Source: Eledone cirrhosa
Taxonomy: Eukaryota
Direction of reading: 5' to 3'
DNA: 64,000 bases
NCBI GenBank assembly: GCA_964016885.1
Contig: OZ024754.1
Coordinates: 1,364,001 to 1,428,000, forward strand
Within the stretch, counting starts at the first letter, position 1. Each line of letters begins with the position of its first letter. The position numbers and the translations under genes are program-made. Positions 62,640-64,000 of this stretch are shown here, in pieces. Below the pieces are notes generated by a model that had not been told where the DNA came from, did not search any database, and saw only the letters and a program-made list of their open reading frames with translations.

Positions 62640-63210
62640 CCATCGAGTATGGATATCGTTCTTGAAAGAGATAAGCTTGTAGCAATGTTGAAATATGCCA
62701 TATGTATAATGATATTATGTCTATTTGTTAGGGAGAGACCAAGGCAGATAGTTACAATTGCATACACGTATTTCTCCGATTTCACATAGCAAGATCATAG
62801 AAACTATTATCTAAAAGAAACTGATAACGGCTTTAGACGAGCTTGCATTACTAACATACACTCAGTATGGTTTTCATTCAAGTAGAAGCTGCCTTAACTT
62901 CTTCATGGTTACCACAGCTCGTGATTCTCATCGTACAGTTTCTCATAACATTGCGACAGCTCAATTATTTTAAACAGTCATTTATATATTATATATGATA
63001 TACGTGTATTTTGTTCAAGTTTTCCATAACTTTGGTCACAAACGCATCACTATCGACACGATCTTGTCATATTTAATGAGCTAGGAGTATGATTTTATGA
63101 CACTTTAAAGGGACAAGCCCTTTATTAAAGAGTCAACAATTCAAAGTCAAGAACCTATGGGACTGGTTTTGTCCCATTAATATTTTTAATCGTTCTATCA
63201 AATTCCTCAT
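62640..63210 (+). pseudogene. Decayed CR1/L2-type LINE reverse transcriptase remnant
   Basis: Translation from ~62764: TRISPISHSKIIETII*KKLITALDELALLTYTQYGFHSSRSCL (YRPISLTS...QHGFR.GRSC motif). Later LGV*FYDTLK and GTGFVPLIFLIVLS (QGTVLGPLLF-like). Confidence 0.8.
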
Positions 63211-63379
63211 CAGTTTTCAAGCTCAGGTTTGGTGTGATGTTTAATTATAGGTTCATTATTGTTGTTGTTATTGTTTAACTCAGTTCAAGAAAACATACGT
63301 GTAAGTTATAACCATGTCATTATTTTTTTTTATCACGATTAATGTGTCTGGGACCGTCATCAGCAACGTAGCTAAAGGA

Positions 63380-63635
63380 CTGAACCTCCGTCGGTTTCGA
63401 CGATAAGTGTTCCAGTTGTTAGATCAACGGAACTGCCTGCTCAGGAAAATAAAAAGGTAAACGGTTGAGTTGAGCATCCCTGAGCCACGTGAACCCTTTA
63501 CTCAGTTCTCTGGGGAATTCAACCAGACAGAGTAAGTAAGAAGACTACTCCTTTGAAGTAGAGTCACGTCTCATATTTGCTAGTCAACTTCACTAGAACA
63601 ACGACAAATAAAGTGTCATACTCAGGGATATATGT
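63380..63635 (-). mobile_element. SINE family D, degenerate
   Basis: TTCCAGTTG..GATCAACGGAACTGCCTGCTC ... AAATAAAGTGTCATACTCAGGGA. Confidence 0.65.
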
Positions 63636-63891
63636 TACTATCTTAACAAGTATTGAGGAAATAGGAGCTGTGTATTCTAAAGTTGCTGTCTATTTTGCCC
63701 CGTTTCCAGCGATAATTTATCCGATCTTTTCAACTATTACAACTACATGATGGCTGCCCCCTCTTTATAGAGTATGGCCATTGCACGAAAAAAAAAAAGA
63801 ACACTCATATATATTAATAATTAATACTTTGTCTATATTATCAATCGTCAAACTAGTATGGATCCTGATTGTATTGTTTTTCCCAGTCCTT

Positions 63892-63978
<87 letters not shown>

Positions 63979-64000
63979 TTGTATTTATTACAAATCTCAT

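Overview
Eukaryotic, very AT-rich, non-coding (intergenic or deep intronic) DNA dominated by microsatellites, minisatellites and dispersed repeats. The repeat families resemble those I recall from octopus/cephalopod genomes (inference, not verified). I cannot support any intact host protein-coding gene. The long ORFs (IYIY/HTHT/CVCV...) are artefacts of alternating purine-pyrimidine repeats that cannot encode stops. Content: (i) huge interrupted (TA)n arrays (1.4-7.4, 45.5-48.0, 53.4-55.0 kb); (ii) about 20 copies or fragments of one tRNA-type SINE and several of a second; (iii) two decayed CR1/L2-type RT remnants; (iv) Tc1/mariner- and pogo-type MITEs; (v) several minimal type I hammerhead-ribozyme motifs in Penelope-like pLTR-type fragments between (TA)n tracts. 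The most interesting items are three structures. One is a 9-copy (TA)n-associated fold-back element whose arm is the 3' half of a hammerhead (GAAAC-stem III-GUC) and whose symmetry axis falls where stem II would be. Another is a 500-bp inverted structure with a hammerhead motif in each arm. The third is a two-copy inverted-repeat element carrying two convergent tRNA-like Pol III heads. All calls were made by eye; coordinates are approximate to a few bases.
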